This document shows, piece by piece, positions 1-11,971 of a DNA stretch of 64,000 nucleotides; position 1 is the first letter of the stretch; the number at the start of each line of letters is the position of its first letter. The translations under genes and the position numbers were made by a program. The notes under the pieces were generated by a model, which saw only the letters and a program-made list of their open reading frames with translations, did no database searches and was not told the origin of the DNA. Where the stretch lies: the NCBI RefSeq assembly GCF_018350175.1, contig NC_058368.1, positions 90,646,001 to 90,710,000 on the forward strand, given 5' to 3'. Source of the DNA: Felis catus (lineage: Eukaryota).

Positions 1-1286
1 AATAAAATATAAATGACCAAAAAAGACACATCCTCAGGAGAAAAAAACACAGATAACTCAGGAAAAAACTGAAAAGCTGACAAAGTCTTGCCTCAGTAAA
101 GGCTTTGAGCTTCACATTTTCTGATTTCTTTTTTAAAATTGTTTTAAAAAAGTAATCTCTACACCCAGTGTGGTGCTCGAACTCACAACCCTGACATCAA
201 GAGTCGCATCTACTGACTGAGCCAGCCAGGCGCCCCATGCTTCACTTTTTCAAGGAGCAAATAATGCTCATGAACCAGAAGCTCCTCCTGATTCATTCTG
301 TGAAGATGCATAATCCTGACACCGTGCCAGAGGGGGGAAAAAAACTACAGAACAATTAGGTCAGTTCACATATCAAAAATGATGCAGTTACTAAAACTAT
401 GATTAAGTAGAGTTTATTCCTGTGACCTGGAAATGGTTCTGTATGAAGAAATCTATTAATAAAAAACCTCCCATCAACAGATTAAGGGATAAAAGTCATG
501 ATTGCCTGAATGATAATGAATGTCTGATGAAATCTGACATCTCTTCCTTACAAAACCGGTCAATAAATGAGGGATCTATCAAGGATCTCTCAAAGCAACA
601 GCCAACATCATGCCTCAGGAGAACTTGGAGCACTGTCCCCAGGCATGTTCTGTGAAATGTGCCAGCTCCTTTAGCTGTCTCGTTGGCTTTTGGGGCCAGC
701 GGGGCTGTCCCTTGGAGCACTGCTTATGTGCACTGCCCACTCGGAGGGGATTCAGAGATACAGAGAATAACCTGTCTCCCAAACACATTAGACTGTGAAT
801 CTCTGCCCATTCTCCACCAATACCACCATTGGCTAGTGTTTCATGGAACACAGCGGGAGCTTTCCAGTTAAAATGAAAAAAATCACAGAAAAGATGCCTG
901 CTGTTGCTACTGAATTGCTGTCGGGGTTTAGCCCTTTTCTCCTGTCCCGACACACCAGAGGGATGTGTGCGGATTCCCTGTAGGAACAGTGCTTCCCATG
1001 GCAGTCACTTCCAACCAGGTGGCTGAGGGGTGAGGGGTGAAGACTCAAGGCTTAATTTGTTTGCTTTCTACAATGTCTAACTGCATAAAACAAAGAACCA
1101 AAGAACTCCCAAAGCTCCTTATTGAGAAATCATACTCCTCTGGTCTGTACACACAAGCACGCTATGATACCCCTTTTTCACTTGGTTTGGAAAAAAGGTC
1201 AGTTATGGCAACTGAAAAATGTTCCACGGAACAATTATTGGGTACTGAGAATTAACTGTGACACTGGAAAAGGGAGTGAGTCCTAC

Positions 1287-1352
1287 CTTAAGTGCCGATT
1301 AAGTTCTTCCACGTAATTTTTTTGATCAAGGACATCAGTAATTCTTTCGTGC
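1287..1352 (-). CDS. RUFY1: RUFY1 coding exon 7 (start of coiled coil)
   Basis: Acceptor TGCTGTTTTCAAAAG|G, donor TAAG|GTAGGA. 66 nt, phase 2-2. Encodes [21 protein letters not shown]. The remaining exons (coiled coils, FYVE domain) lie beyond position 1. Confidence 0.96.
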
Positions 1353-2592
1353 CTTTTGAAAACAGCATAAAAAAGACAGAAATTCCTTTAATACATGGTT
1401 AATACCTTGTAACCATCTCCCAACCTTCCAGGCACCTCGAAGAAGTACCAATGTCATCATGAAACTAAGGCACAGTCAGAGCTTAGTAATAATGTCTGCC
1501 TGGTCCTGGTCCCGGAGTGAACAGAGCAAAGCTGGCCAAGGGTGTGGTGGGGATGGCAGCCAGGTCCTTTGGAGATGCAGGAATGTGGGCAGGCTTCCTG
1601 TAGACACCCTCCTGCCTTGTCAGGCCAGGCATTTGGGAAGAGGAGAGAAAGCCATCTGGCATATGAGGTGGAAATACTGACAGCCAGATACAAATGGCCC
1701 TCCCTCAAGGTGGCAGATCAAGCTTATGATACTCAAGGGAAAGAGAAATGGCTCAAAAAAGGAGACAAGAGGCTTTTCAAAACATAAAGCTGACTAGCCT
1801 GGGTAAAAAAAAGATGTTAATTAAAAAAAAAATTTTTTTTTTTAAATAAAAAATGTTTATTTATTTTTGAGAGAGACAGAGACAGAATGTGAGTGGGTTA
1901 GGGGCAGAGAGAGAGGGAGACACAGAATCCGAAGCAGGCTCCAGGCTCTGAGCTATCAGCACAGAGCCCGACGAAGGGCTCAAACTCACGAGCTGTGAGA
2001 TCATGACCTGAGCTGAAGTCGGACGCTCAACTGACTGAGCCACCCAGGTGCCCCTTAAAAATTTTTTTAATGTTTTTATTCATTTTTGAGACAGAGAGAC
2101 AGAGCATGAACGGGGGAGGGGCAGAGAGAGGGAGACACAGGACCCAAAGCAGACTCCAGGCTCTGAGCTGTCAGCACAGAGCTCAATGTGGGGCTTGAAC
2201 TCATGAACTGTGAGATTATGACCTGAGCCGAAGTCGGATGCTTAACCGACTGAGCCACCCAGGCGCTCTTCTTTAACATTTTAAAGTTAGGCATCCCCCT
2301 CCACCCCTGACCCCCAATCTCCATATATATATATACACACACATATGTACATACAGGGGATCATTCTACACAGGTTCTTGCCACAGGTGCTGGATTTGTT
2401 TTTCAGCACATTTTTTTCTTTTACCTATTCTGCCCTTCACATAGCTTTTCAGGTAACCCACGTTAATAGTCTGTTGAGCCTATATGCATATGACCATAGT
2501 ATCTGTCTGTATTATATACATAGATACAGTATGTAATTAAAACATAGAAAATACGTTAGGGATTTCTTGGGGTTGTTTACAAAAATGACATA

Positions 2593-2921
2593 CAGTTGAC
2601 CCGTGAACAATACATGGGTGGGGGACGCCAACCCCCTGCACCGCTGAAAATGTGCATGCAACTTTTGACTCCCCCAAAACTTAACTACTCATAGTGTACT
2701 GTTGAGGGAAGCCTTACCAATTACATAGTCCATTAACATGTATTTTGTATGTTATGTGTATTATATACTATAGCCTTACAATGAAATAAAATAAAATGTT
2801 ATTAAGAAAATCATAAGGAAGAGAAAATACATTTACAGTACTGTACCGTACTTAACCGAAAAATATCTGCGTAAAAGTGGGCTTGTGCAGGTCAAGCCCA
2901 TGTTGTTCAGGGGATCAACCG
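2593..2921. mobile_element. Tigger2-family non-autonomous DNA transposon (MER8/MER28-like)
   Basis: Terminal inverted repeats CAGTTGACCCGTGAACAA and TTGTTCAGGGGATCAACCG flanked by TA. Internal AACTTTTGACTCCCCCAAAACTTAACTACT is typical of the family. Confidence 0.8.
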
Positions 2922-3762
2922 TATATACCCTTATACTTTTCTCATTTGATAACACCTTGTGGAAATCCCTCTAAGTCTACTATAACCAGTAGGTCAAATT
3001 TGTTCCATAATATCTCATAGAATGGAATATTTTGAATGTTCTGTAATTCATTCAATTATCTACTATTGGTAGATATCAGTTTATTTCTATTTCTTTACAT
3101 TATGAGTATAATTTTGGGGGGCTCCTGGGTGGCTCAGTTGGTTAAGTGTCTGACTTTTGATTTCGGCTCAGGTCATGATCTCACACAGTTCCTGAGATCA
3201 AGCCCTGCTTCAGGTTCTGCGCTGACAACACAGCCTGCTTGGGATTCTCTGTCTCCCTCTCTCTCTGCCCGTCCTCACTTGTGCTCATGCGCACTCTCTC
3301 TCTCTCTCAAAGTAGACAAATAAACCTTAAAAGAAAAAAAAAGAATATTTCTGTTTAAGTTTCAAGTGGGTGAATCCTTATACTCAAGAAGCCTGAGGTA
3401 TTTGTGGGGTTCCCACTGCTGGATAAGGTGTGCTGCTAGGGCTTGGGGCCTGTGAGAGTCCTTATAAAGAACACATTTGAGAGACAGATAACAGATACGG
3501 TAAACTATTCAAGCACAACCCAAGGGTTTACAGTGAGACTCCCTTCCATGCCTGCCTCCTGGCCTCTTCCCCTCACCCACCCAGAACAGCCACTGTTAGT
3601 AGGTGTCTACGCACCACTCTAGAAATGGTCCAAGCGTGTGGAAATACAACATATAAATGTGGATGCATATTCTTCAGCATAACTCAAATGGTAGCATGTT
3701 ATATACATTGTTCACTTTGTTTTCTACCCTACCCCAAATGACTCCTTTAAAAGGATGTTCTT

Positions 3763-3980
3763 GGGGCGCCTGGGTGGCGCAGTCGGTTGAGCGTCCGACT
3801 TCAGCCAGGTCACGATCTCGCGGTTCGTGAGTTCGAGCCCCGCGTCAGGCTCTGGGCTGATGGCTCAGAGCCTGAAGCCTGTTTCCAATTCTGTGTCTCC
3901 CTCTCTCTCTGCCCCTCCCCCGTTCATGCTCTGTCTTTCTCTGTCCCAAAAAAAAAAAAAAAAAAAGTTGAAAAAAAAAA
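3763..3980 (+). mobile_element. Young feline Can-SINE (SINEC_Fc type) in intron 6
   Basis: GGGGCGCCTGGGTGGCGCAGTCGG head, CT-rich linker, long A tail. Target-site duplication (TSD) AAAAGGATG(T/C)TCTT on both sides. Confidence 0.92.
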
Positions 3981-4499
3981 AAAAGGATGCTCTTGTTAAT
4001 AATAAGCAGGAAGGAAAGCGTAATAAGGAAGGAGAGCATAATAAGCATGGCATGGAGGGACATCCAAGACACACTAGGATCAAGGAATGAGTCCAAGGGC
4101 AACTTTTATATATATATATATACACACACACACGGGAGTACCTATAATGGTACCATCCCACTTATATTCAAACAAACCATAAGGCAAATTATACAACCAA
4201 TAAATATATACCTGCAAGGCATTTAAAAAAGGTGTGGAAGGAGACATGAGCAGCTTCCTCTGAGGGAGGAGCAGGCACGGGATTGAGCTGGAGATGAGGG
4301 GGCAATGTGAATGGGGACATTCCTTTCTACCCTGCAGAGCTTAGCTCCTTGCACAATGAGCACATTCATGTGTTATCTCCGTGACTAAAAAATACCTGCT
4401 GAAAATGAAAAGGTCGAACAAAGCAAAAACAAACGTAGCATTCTTTCCCAGAATTTCATTAAAATTGTGAAGAACAGCAGCAGGCATGCAGTTACTTAC

Positions 4500-4561
4500 T
4501 CTTTGCCGCCATCAAGACCCTGTACATCCTTAAGGTAGAGGGAAAAATCGATCACTCCAAC
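4500..4561 (-). CDS. RUFY1: RUFY1 coding exon 6
   Basis: Acceptor TTTTGTGTCGATCAG|GTT, donor AAGA|GTAAGT. 62 nt, phase 0-2. Encodes VGVIDFSLYLKDVQGLDGGKE. Confidence 0.96.
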
Positions 4562-5929
4562 CTGATCGACACAAAACGTACAAGTATTAAATAGGAGAAA
4601 CTTTTTCTGTTTTCCGTAAACCATACATCTTTAAAATTCAGGGCATTTACCTTCCCGTCTCTTTCCTACACACATTTAGTCGGGCTGACCACCTCTACAA
4701 AAATAGTAATCAACTGAACAAACAAACCAAGAGAGAGAGAACCCCGCCAACTTCTAGAAGAAAAACTTATCAAAAATCAGGATTTAAGGGAAGATTCTGA
4801 AGTTTTACCCTCTCGTCAAGACTAGTTTTGTGTATTTATTCACTAAGCAGGTTGTTGACAAAGATCAGTGAAGTTCTTTGGGTATAGAGCAATTAAAAAA
4901 AATTGGGGGGGAGGGCGCCTGGGTGGCTCAGTTGGTTGAGCATCCAACTTCAGCTCAGGTCATGATCTCACAGTTCATGAGTTCGAGCCCCCCAATCAGG
5001 CTCTGTGCTGTCAGAGCAGAGTCTGCTTTGGATCCTTTGTCCCTTCCAGCCCCCTCTCTCTGTTCCTCCTCTGCTCATGCTCTCTTTTTTTTTTTTTTTA
5101 ATTTTTTTTAATGTTTACTTATTTTTGAGAGAGAGAGAGCGAGCGAGCGCGGGGAAGTGGCAGAGAGAGAGGGAGACACAGAATCTGAAGCAGGCTCCAG
5201 GCTGTCAGCACAGATCCCGACGTGGGGCTTGAACTCACAAACTGTGAGATCATGACCTGAGCCGAAGTCGGACACTCAGCTGACTGAGCCACCCAGGTGC
5301 CCGCTGCTCATGCTCTCTTTCAAAAAAAAAAAAAAAAAAAAAAGAATAAACATAAAGAAAAAAAAAGAAAAAAGAGGCCTGGGTGGCTAGACTAAGGTGG
5401 TAGGTAACCTTAACTGACATTCTGATCCCCTCCTTCCCTAAATTGTGGTGAAATGGTCCCATCTCATTTTCCAGGGGAAATTCTCTGCTGTTGTGAACGA
5501 GGGAGAACCAGAGCCCCTCACATCTGAATGTCAAGGGCTTTGTCCAGAAATAAAGCCCTTGAGAGAGAATGAGAGCCTGGTCTGCCACTGTCTGTTACAG
5601 CATGAGTAAGTGAAGCCACTTCTTCTTCTTCTTTTTTGTTTTTTTTAAATGTTTTTTAACTTTATTTTTGAGAGAGAGACAGTGCAAGTGGGGGAGGGCA
5701 CAGAGAGAGGGAGATGAAAACTGGGAAAATGGGGTCCATCAGTAGAGAAATATTGATCAGTCATGTAATAGCCATGTCATGGAGCCCCATGCACCCATCA
5801 CAAAGAATGCAGTGGGTGGATGTATGACATAATGACATGAAGAAAGCTCCAGGAGAAAATGAGAAGTCCCAGAGTGATATATACAGCATTAACCCTTTAC
5901 AGTAATACCACTTTGTTAAAGCCACAGCC

Positions 5930-6400
5930 ATGTGTGAGAGTTTCTGCAACTTCTCTGTCACACCTCCCACCAACCTACATTCCTGACCCTTGAACCTGGG
6001 CAGCCTCAGTGTCTGTCTTGAGTAAAAAGCAGCAATGATTCCGTGACTTCTGCAGCTACATTAATGGAGGCAACATAAGCTTCTTCCTAGCTCTTCCTAG
6101 AGGGGCATATAACATTGAAGTTCTGAGCTTCCCCGAAAGAAGTCTGGCTACCCTGAAGCTACCATGCTGGACACCAAATGGAGAGACCACACGAGGACAG
6201 GGGTGCCTGAGAAGCCTCTGCGGTTCCTGTCCCAGCTCCCTGAACCTTCTCAGCCCGAAGACAGATAAGCGAGAGAAGAGGCCTTCAGTGATTGCTGCCC
6301 CAGCCACCAACCTGACCGCACAGAGCTCTTAATCCAGAAGCGCCTGCCTCTCTCTGTCCAGCCAACCGCTGAGATACAGTGATTGCTATTGGTTACCTGG
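5930..6400 (+). mobile_element. Old MaLR LTR (MLT1-like)
   Basis: Motifs such as GAAGTCTGGCTACCCTGAAGCTACCATGCTGGA and CCCCAGCCACCA resemble MLT1 LTRs as recalled. Confidence 0.55.
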
Positions 6401-6664
6401 CTGTTGATTCGTCATCCAGAAATGGGAGCAAGAAAGGATTTAATATGAAACAAACCCACATATACAAAAATGCATAGAAAAAGTAGAACTGTTTCTAGAG
6501 AGATTTTCCCCCTCAATATTTACCACTATCTATGGGGACGAAAGGGATCAAGGGAGGGGAGGGGGGGAGTTTGAATTTCATTCTTCACTTGATATGCTTC
6601 TGTATGAACTTTTTTTCAGCAAGCATGCATTTCTTTTGTAATAAAATTAAATAATAATATATCG

Positions 6665-6775
6665 GGGGGGACTGGCTAGCTCAGTCAGTAGAGCATGTGA
6701 CTCTTGGTCTTGGGGCTGTGAGTTCGAGCCTACATTGGGTGTAGAGATTACTCAAAAATAAAATCTTAAAAAATA
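6665..6775 (+). mobile_element. Short old tRNA-Lys-derived carnivore SINE; similar copies at about 134-236(-), 9963-10075, 10338-10425, 18265-18345(-), 25150-25475, 40753-40860 and 55440-55540
   Basis: Degenerate A and B boxes followed by GGGTGTAGAGATTACT-AAAAATAAAATCTT and an A tail. Confidence 0.8.
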
Positions 6776-7342
6776 ATAATAATAAAATTTAATTTAAAAA
6801 GTACACTTTGGGGCACCAGAGATTCTGTGTCTCCCTCTCTCTGCCCCTTCCCTGCTCATGCTCTGTCTCTGTCTCTTAAAAATGAATAAATGTTAAAAAT
6901 TTAAAAAAAAAGTACATTTTCAACTGCAAAAAACCCTCAACAATAGAAGGGAGAGAGGATTAATACTCAAAGTAGACATTAATGGATCAGAAAGCAAATA
7001 AAGCCCTCCTCCCAAAGCAGAAATAATCAAGAGCAAAAGATCAAATGTAAAAGCTGGTTCTTCGAGTTCAATATAGCAGACAAATCTCCACCAAATATGA
7101 TCAAGATTTAGCAAGTGCACAACACTGCCAATGAGAAAAGTGAGATTTTAAGAAGCTTAAGAGAATACTCTCTTATAACCAATAGACCTGAATGAAATAT
7201 ATGACTTTTGGAAAAATATAAATTACTAAAAAATTGTCCTAAGGGGCACCTGGGTGACTCTTGATTTTGGCTCAGGTCATGGTCTCATGATTGTGAGATC
7301 AAGCCTCGTGTCTGGCTCTCACTCAGCGTGGATCCTGCTTAG

Positions 7343-7380
<38 letters not shown>

Positions 7381-8131
7381 AAAAGAAATGAATAAAAATA
7401 AAAATAAAAAAATGTCCTAAGACACTGGAAACCAATACATTGACCAAAAGCTAAACGAAAAAGTGGTCAAACAACTAAGGACCAAAAAACCCATAAAGCT
7501 AAAGAGATCATCCCAGTAAGTTCTTACAAACCTTCAGAGGAAAAAATCATTCCTGGTCTAATAAATAGTTGCAGGAATACAGAAAAGAACATTATCCAGC
7601 TTATTTTATGAGATTACATTCTGACACCACAAAGTGGCAAAGACAGTACAGTAAAGGAAAACTGAGAACAGTGTCACAAATACAGGGAAACACAAAATTT
7701 CCAAATAAACCACAGACATGTTGAATCTAGGAGGACACTAGAAGAGTAACACATGATGACCACTCCTGTAAACCCTGTTTACTTGAGGAATGCGGGGATA
7801 ATATCACAAAAGGAAACCTATGAATGAATTCAGTTATATTTATGGGTTAAAAGCTAAGACATTTTAAAAGACACCAAAAAAAGGTATGTGATGGCACTGC
7901 ATGCTCATTTATAATAAAAATGCGAAATAAATTAGATTGGCACAGTACTTTCTGAACATGAGAAAAAGGATCCCTCAGACATCAGTAGCAAACATTCATG
8001 GTGACATATGAGAGGCACTGTGCTAAAGAACAAACCAGGGAAATGAATGGAAGTGTGGGATCATATATCATACACCTGAAACTAATGTAACACTGTACGT
8101 TAACAATACTGGAATTTAAAATAAAATTCCA

Positions 8132-8582
8132 GGGGCGCCTGGGTGGCGCAGTCGGTTTAGCGTCCAACTTCAGCCAGGTCATGATCTCACGGCCCGTGAG
8201 TTCGAGCCCCGCGTCGGGCTCTGGGCTGATGGCTCGGAGCCTGGAGCCTGTTTCCGATTCTGTGTCTCCCTCTCTCTCTGCCCCTCCCCCGTTCATGCTC
8301 TGTCTCTCTCTGTCCCAAAAATAAATAAACGTTGAAAAAAATAAAATAAAATAAAATAAAATTCCAGGGGCGCCTGAGTGGCTCAGTGGGTTGAGTGTCT
8401 GACTTCAGCTCAGGTCATGATCTCATGGCTCGTGAGTTGGAGCCCTGTGTCAGGCTCTGGGCTGACAGCTCAGAGCCTGGAGTCTGCTTCAGATTCTGTG
8501 TCTCCCTCTGTCTGCCCCTCCGCTGCTTGCACTCTGTCTCTCGCATTGTCTCAAAAATAAACATTAAAAAAAAATTTTTTTT
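8132..8582 (+). mobile_element. Tandem pair of Can-SINEs (young 8132-8352, older 8367-8582)
   Basis: Two full-length elements bounded by three copies of AATAAAATTCCA. Confidence 0.92.
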
Positions 8583-8954
8583 AATAAAATTCCACTGTGA
8601 GCACAGACCTACATATGGAAATGCTATTTAAGATTTTTAAAAAATATTTTGAGACAGAGCAAGAGCGCACAGTCAGGGGAGGGGTAGAGGGAGAGAGAGA
8701 ATCCTAAGCAGGCTCCACTTGGCGAGGAGCCCGACTCTGGTCTCAATCTCATGACCTTGAGATCATGACCTGAGCTGAAATCAAGAGTCAGAGGTTTCAT
8801 TGACTGAGCCATCCAGGAGCTCCAATGTTATTTAAAACTAAAAATGAATGAAGCAGGCTACTACTGTCATTTCAGAGGACTCTTTAAAGGTTCCCTCAGA
8901 TTGTCTCTTAAATAACGGTAACCATAACAGTACAGAATTAAAAATAAAAAAAGA

Positions 8955-9420
8955 GGGGTGCCTGGGTGGCGCAGTTGGTTAAGTGTCCGACTTCAGCCAG
9001 GTCACGATCTCGCGGTCCGTGGGTTCGAGCCCCGCGTCGGGCTCTGGGCTGATGGCTCAGAGCCTGGAGCCTGTTTCCGATTCTGTGTCTCCCTCTCTCT
9101 CTGCCCCTCCCCCGTTCATGCTCTGTCTCTCTCTGTCCCAAAAATAAATAAACGTTGAAAAAAAAAAAAAATTAAAAAAAAAAAAAAAAAAAGAGGTGCC
9201 TGGGTGGCTCAGTGGGTTGGGCATCCAACTTCAGCTCAGGTCATGATCTTGCAGCTCGTGGGTTCGTGCCCCGCGTCGGGTTCTGTGTTGACAGCTCAGA
9301 CCCTGGAGCCTGCTTTGGATTCTGTGTCTCCCTCTCTTTCTGCCCCTCCCCTGCTCACACTCTGTCTCTCAAAAATGAATAAACGTTAAAAAAGTAAAAA
9401 ATAAATAAAATAAAAATAGA
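8955..9420 (+). mobile_element. Tandem pair of Can-SINEs (young 8955-9190, older 9194-9420)
   Basis: Two consecutive tRNA-derived heads, each with a CT linker and A tail. Confidence 0.9.
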
Positions 9421-11200
9421 AAAAGACCAGAACAGGATGCTTTATCATATCTATTATTTGATAAGAGTCACAATTGAGTTTTTATTTTGGAATCTAACAA
9501 AGTGATGTTCAAGTTCACATGGCAGAATGGACAGCCTGAACTATATCTGAAAAGGAAATAAACAAAGTAGGCAGGAGGTGAGCGACTAGAATGTAAAACA
9601 TACTATGTGGCTCTGGTAAATTAAAGACTGTGTTACTGGCACAGGAATAGAGAGATTCGGAGACTACACCTCAGAGTCCAGAATAAACTTCAGTAGATTT
9701 TGGATATTTCACTCATGATAAAGGTGAAATTCCAAATTAGCAGAAAAATATATTTACTACATGACATTGAGAAAACTGGTTTACTATTTGTAAAAGAAAC
9801 CTAGACTCCCACTTCACACTATGTCAAAACAAATGACACACGTTATTTAAATGTAAAAAAAAACAAACAAACCAGTTTTTTAAAAATTACATTAATTTTT
9901 AGATGGGGACAATACCTTAGAAAGTATAAAGAAAAAGTCCATTAAATTTGATGGCACCAGCAGGGGTGCCTGGCTGGTTCAAGTTGTTAAAGCATGCAAC
10001 TCTTGATCTCAGGGTCATGAATTTGAGCCCCATGTTGGGTGTAGAGATTACTTAAAAATAAAATCTTAAAAAAAAAATCAAATAAATTTGAATGCCAAAA
10101 AAAGTATTTTTTTCCTTGCAGAGAAAACCAGCTGTAAGAAACTAGCAAAAAAATTTATAACAAAAATTCTGACAATTAATATCATTAATCTATAATAAAG
10201 GAGTGGGAAAAAATGGAAGACACACAAAAATGGGAAAAGGAATAGGGATGGGGAGTCACAAAAGCTGAACCACCAATGGCATATAAAGCATGCAAAAAAT
10301 ACTTGACCTCCTGAGTCCTCAAAAATATAAATTCGATGGGGTGCATGGCTGGCTCAGTTGGTAGAACATGTGACTCTTGATCTCAGGGTCGTGAGTTCAA
10401 GCCCCATGTTGGCCACGAAGCTTACATTTATTTATTTACTTATTTATTTATTTTTTACATGTATTTGTTTTTATGTATATTTAATATATTTTTAAGTCTA
10501 TTTATTTATTGAGAGACAGAGAGACTGCAAGTGGGGTAGGGACAGAGAGAGAATGGGAGAATCTCAAGCAGGCTCCTTGCTGTCAGTGCAGAGCCTGACG
10601 TGGGGGGTTGAACTCACAAAACTGTAAGATCATAACATGAGCTGAAATCAAGAGTCAGCTGCTTAACTGACTGAGCCACCCCAGTGCCCCTGAGCCTACT
10701 TTTAAAAATAAAAACATGTTGGGGCGCCTGGGTGGCTCAGGTCATGATTTCACGGTTCACAAGTTTTGAGCCCTGTGTCGGGCTCTGCGTTGACAGCTCA
10801 GAGCCTGGAGCCTGCTCTGGATTCTGTCTCCCTCTCTCTCTACCCATCCCCTGGCTCATGCTCTGTCTCTCTCTCCCTCTCAAAAATAAATAAACATTAC
10901 AAAAATTTTTTTAAATAAAAAAAAAATAAAAAACATGTTTATAAAAAAATGCAAATTTGAGATGAGCTGTTTTTGTCTATCAGATTGAAAAAAGACCAAG
11001 AAAGCCCACCATGACATCACAATACTCATGTAGAATGTTTACTGTGACACAGTAGTCCCAAAATTTATCCTAAGGAAATCAATGGACAATAGTACAAAGA
11101 GGTATGAGGATGTTTACAATACTGTTGTTGTAATGTGGAATCAACCTAAGTTAATAAGGTACTGGTTAAATGAATTATGGCACATTCATAAAATGGAATA

Positions 11201-11971
11201 CAGGCATACCTCATTTTATGCTTTATTTGTACTTTGCTTAATTGTACTTTGCTTTATTTTGCTTTGTTGTACTTCGTGGACATTCCTTTTTTACAAATTG
11301 AAGGTATGTGGTAACCACGTGTTGGGCAAGTCTATCAGCATCATTTTCCCAACAGCATTTGCTCACCTTGTGTCTGTGGTTCACATTTTGGTAATCATGT
11401 ATTTCAAACTTGTCCTACTTTGTTATGATGATCTGTGATCAGTGACTATGACTTGTTGAAAGCTCAGATGAAGGTTAGCATTTTTCAGCAATGAAATATT
11501 TAAATTTTTAAAAAAATATTTATTTACTTTTGAGAGAGAGAGAGAGAGACAGAGCATGAGCAGGGAAGAAGTAGAGAGAGAGGGAGACACAGAATCCGAA
11601 GTAGGCTCCAGGCTCTCAGCTGTCAGCACAGAGCCTGACATGGGGCTTGAACCATGAGCCGTGAGATTGTGAGTTGAGCCAAAGTCGGATACTTAACTGA
11701 CTAGGCACTCAGCAATGAAATATTTTAAAGTACGAACATTAATTTTTATTTAACTTATTTTTATTATTTACTTACACATTTTTTTAGGTATGATGTTATC
11801 ACATCACACACCTGATAGGTTATAGTATAGTGTAAACATAACTTGTATATGTACTGAGAAACCAAAAAACAAAACCAAAACCAAAAAACCCTCCATGACT
11901 CGCTTTATTGAGATACTTGCTTTATCGCAGAGGTCTGGAACTGAATTCATAGTATCTCTGAGGTGTGCTTG
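11201..11971 (+). mobile_element. Internally deleted Tigger1-type DNA transposon, interrupted by a SINE (about 11500-11710)
   Basis: Terminal inverted repeats CAGGCATACCTC and GAGGTGTGCTTG with TA flanks. It splits an old L1 3' segment (AATGGAATA|CTGTGCAGCCATT). Confidence 0.8.

Larger units (their letters stand above)
6920..11200 (+). mobile_element. Fragmented ancient L1 (ORF2/3' remnants) broken up by SINEs; related fragment at about 250-560
   Basis: A-rich degenerate L1 ORF2-like text (e.g. ACTGTGTTACTGGCACAGGAATAG, AGAGTCCAGAATAAAC). No intact ORF. Confidence 0.6.

Noticed and set aside
6665..6740. tRNA-Lys-like sequences (also near 9963, 10338, 40753, 55440)
   Set aside because: Degenerate stems followed by the SINE-specific tail and poly(A). 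These are tRNA-derived SINEs, not tRNA genes.
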